Positions 5,712 through 6,986 of a stretch of DNA of 6,986 nucleotides are shown here, piece by piece; position 1 is the first letter of the stretch; each line of letters starts with the position of its first letter. Position numbers and translations under genes: made by a program. The notes under the pieces were generated by a model that worked only from the letters and a program-made list of their open reading frames with translations, searched no databases and was not told the DNA's origin. Origin of the DNA: a virus (lineage: Duplodnaviria; Heunggongvirae; Uroviricota; Caudoviricetes); the IMG/VR virus record IMGVR_UViG_2690316285_000008, positions 1 through 6,986 of that record; one strand, written 5' to 3'.

Positions 5712-6073
5712 GCCGTAGCCCCTTCTTGATATTTTTCAAACCAGAACACAACCGGGTCAGATTTCATTTCAACCAATCCCATACGAACCAGCGCTTTGCC
5801 TTTCCCGGACGCAAGGAATTCACGACGACCATCACTGATAATTCGTCGATAATCTTCCAGGCTACTGCAATGCTTGTGCAGATTGCATGGGTGGCATGCT
5901 GGTACCATGTTGGATATATCGTCACGTTCCTGGTGAAGCATATTTCCATCAAAACGAATGACCGGTTTTACATGGTCTGCATGCCACTTTTCGCCAAGTT
6001 CGCAGCCGCAATAAGCGCAGCGACCACCGAACTTCATGCGCAGTTCTGCACGTTGTTTTTTCGTCAGTGCCAT
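5708..6073 (-). CDS. HNH endonuclease (121 aa)
   Basis: ATG at 6073..6071 with AAGGAAAG 6 nt upstream. Motifs CAYCGC, HADHVKP, N...PACHPCNLHK fit the HNH zinc-finger nuclease pattern. The track's 151-aa version starts at a TTG. Confidence 0.85.
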   Translation of the reverse strand: MALTKKQRAELRMKFGGRCAYCGCELGEKWHADHVKPVIRFDGNMLHQERDDISNMVPACHPCNLHKHCSSLEDYRRIISDGRREFLASGKGKALVRMGLVEMKSDPVVFWFEKYQEGATA

Positions 6074-6074
6074 A

Positions 6075-6293
6075 TCAGCTTTCCTTATACGGATTAATTT
6101 TATTGTGCAGTGTGTTGAATGACGCCCATACCACGTCGTTATACAATTCAATAACTGGCTCAATTATTTTTCCGATTATCCAGACAAAAATTAGCGGGGA
6201 TATCGGTGTCATCAACACGATAAACAGAATGAGAAACAGGAATTCTGTTGTTCTACTCTTTCGCGGATATTTTTTTCTAAATAATGTAACCAT
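6075..6293 (-). CDS. Candidate small membrane protein (72 aa) in an AT-rich segment
   Basis: ATG at 6293..6291; Lys/Arg-rich N-terminus then a hydrophobic stretch FLFLILFIVLMTPISPLIFVWIIGKII. Stop is 1 nt before the HNH start. GC content of 6090..6300 is clearly lower than the surroundings, so chance hydrophobicity is possible. Confidence 0.4.
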   Translation of the reverse strand: MVTLFRKKYPRKSRTTEFLFLILFIVLMTPISPLIFVWIIGKIIEPVIELYNDVVWASFNTLHNKINPYKES

Positions 6294-6296
6294 TCA

Positions 6297-6581
6297 TTAC
6301 CGCCCTTTCGAGCGGTCTCCTGATGATTTGAGGGTGCAGAAATCCCTCCGGTTAAGGATTAATAACTCATCGACCAGACGCTGATATCCCACTGGTTTGT
6401 ATTCATGCAATTTACCGGCTGGCTCTGCTGCCAGCGATACCAGTGCGATTTCCAGAACAGCAATATCCATCTTATATGTGCGGATGATGTCATGGTCGAT
6501 TGTGCCCGGTATGCACAGTCTCTGTGCTTCAATAGTCTCCTCTGCGTGAGCTATTAACTGCTCTCTGGTAAAAGTCGTCAT
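6297..6581 (-). pseudogene. Truncated/chimeric copy of the 114-aa gene
   Basis: First 73 codons are identical to 3148..3492; identity ends at the repeat boundary (6363) and the frame runs 21 more codons into unrelated AT-rich DNA before TAA at 6299..6297. Confidence 0.5.
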
Positions 6582-6745
6582 GCCGTAGCCCCTTCTTGAT
6601 ATTTTTCAAACCAGAACACAACCGGCTCTGCTTCCAGCGATGCCAGCGCAATCCGTGCCAGTTCCATTTGTTCACCACGGGTAAGCCCGTTTTCAAGCGG
6701 GTTTTTAATGAACAATTCAATACGTTCTTTGGTAATAGTGGTCAT
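6578..6745 (-). CDS. Hypothetical small protein, 55 aa, identical second copy
   Basis: Lies in the exact repeat (offset 3089 bp from 3489..3656), with the same RBS and ATGA overlap. Confidence 0.5.
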   Translation of the reverse strand: MTTITKERIELFIKNPLENGLTRGEQMELARIALASLEAEPVVFWFEKYQEGATA

Positions 6746-6755
6746 GTGTTACTCC

Positions 6756-6986
6756 TTAACCCGCAGTGCTTTCAACTGATGAGGGGAACAAAATCTTTTC
6801 ATCAAACCCTGCATTCATATCATGAACAGCAACACACCAATCCATCGACGAACGATTATCAAGAGCCTCCATGATTTCATCCATGCGGCGTAGGTCATAC
6901 AGGTAAATGCTTTTATCGCCAATGGTGTAAAAGCCAATTTTTTTCGGTGATGGATGAGGTGTACTGGCAATAGCGGACACTACCAT
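6756..6986 (-). CDS. Second copy of the 89/76-aa hypothetical protein; 5' end may lie beyond the window
   Basis: Identical to 3667..3897. The window ends exactly on the ATG equivalent to 3897, so the equivalent of the 3936 start would be outside the window. Confidence 0.45.
   Translation of the reverse strand: MVVSAIASTPHPSPKKIGFYTIGDKSIYLYDLRRMDEIMEALDNRSSMDWCVAVHDMNAGFDEKILFPSSVESTAG

Larger units (their letters stand above)
6363..6986. repeat. Direct repeat U, copy 2 (identical to 3274..3897)
   Basis: See copy 1; the repeat may extend beyond the window. Confidence 0.85.

Noticed and set aside
5764-5952. 62-aa minus-strand ORF 5764..5952
   Set aside because: It lies entirely inside the HNH gene in another frame, and the HNH frame carries the catalytic motif.
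5708-6163. Longer 151-aa version of the HNH gene starting at 6163
   Set aside because: That start is TTG with no SD. The internal ATG at 6073 has a good RBS and leaves room for the 72-aa ORF.
368-6874. All plus-strand ORFs in the track (368..550, 519..713, 727..957, 1514..1798, 1692..2117, 3507..3785, 3924..4181, 4487..4687, 4659..5042, 4754..5062, 5241..5597, 5726..6097, 6067..6384, 6596..6874)
   Set aside because: Each lies antisense to a better-supported minus-strand gene or to a hok regulatory region, lacks a convincing RBS, and has a low-complexity or Cys/Arg/His-rich translation. They are treated as shadow ORFs.
2612-6986. CRISPR array or IS element as an explanation for the repeats
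   Set aside because: The repeats are hundreds of bp long, protein-coding or hok loci, are not short spacer-interspersed units, and have no terminal inverted repeats or transposase frame.
1-6986. tRNA, rRNA or integrase/attachment site
   Set aside because: No cloverleaf-like or rRNA-like sequence and no integrase-like ORF were seen. The window appears internal to the prophage.

Overview
This window is the nin/late-regulatory region of a lambdoid (Qin-like) enterobacterial prophage, with every supported gene on the minus strand, so the operon reads right to left. From right to left it carries a tandem modular array and then a backbone ending in rusA and the late antiterminator Q. Each module is a conserved unit U (an 89-aa gene, a 55-aa gene and the 5' part of a 114-aa gene), then a variable cargo, then a 27-aa hydrophobic peptide gene, then a complete hok/mok/sok type I toxin-antitoxin locus. 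Cargo in the left module is only the 3' end of the 114-aa gene; cargo in the right module is about 1.7 kb (AT-rich 72-aa membrane ORF, HNH endonuclease, 221-aa protein, DUF551-like protein). The two U copies (3274..3897 and 6363..6986) are identical over 623 bp, whereas the two hok loci have diverged. The 27-aa and 55-aa genes are below the 60-aa floor of the supplied ORF track and were found by reading the sequence. Most genes are joined by ATGA or TAATG stop/start overlaps. No tRNA, rRNA, CRISPR array, IS element or integrase was seen. Family assignments rest on motifs and recalled sequences, not on any search.
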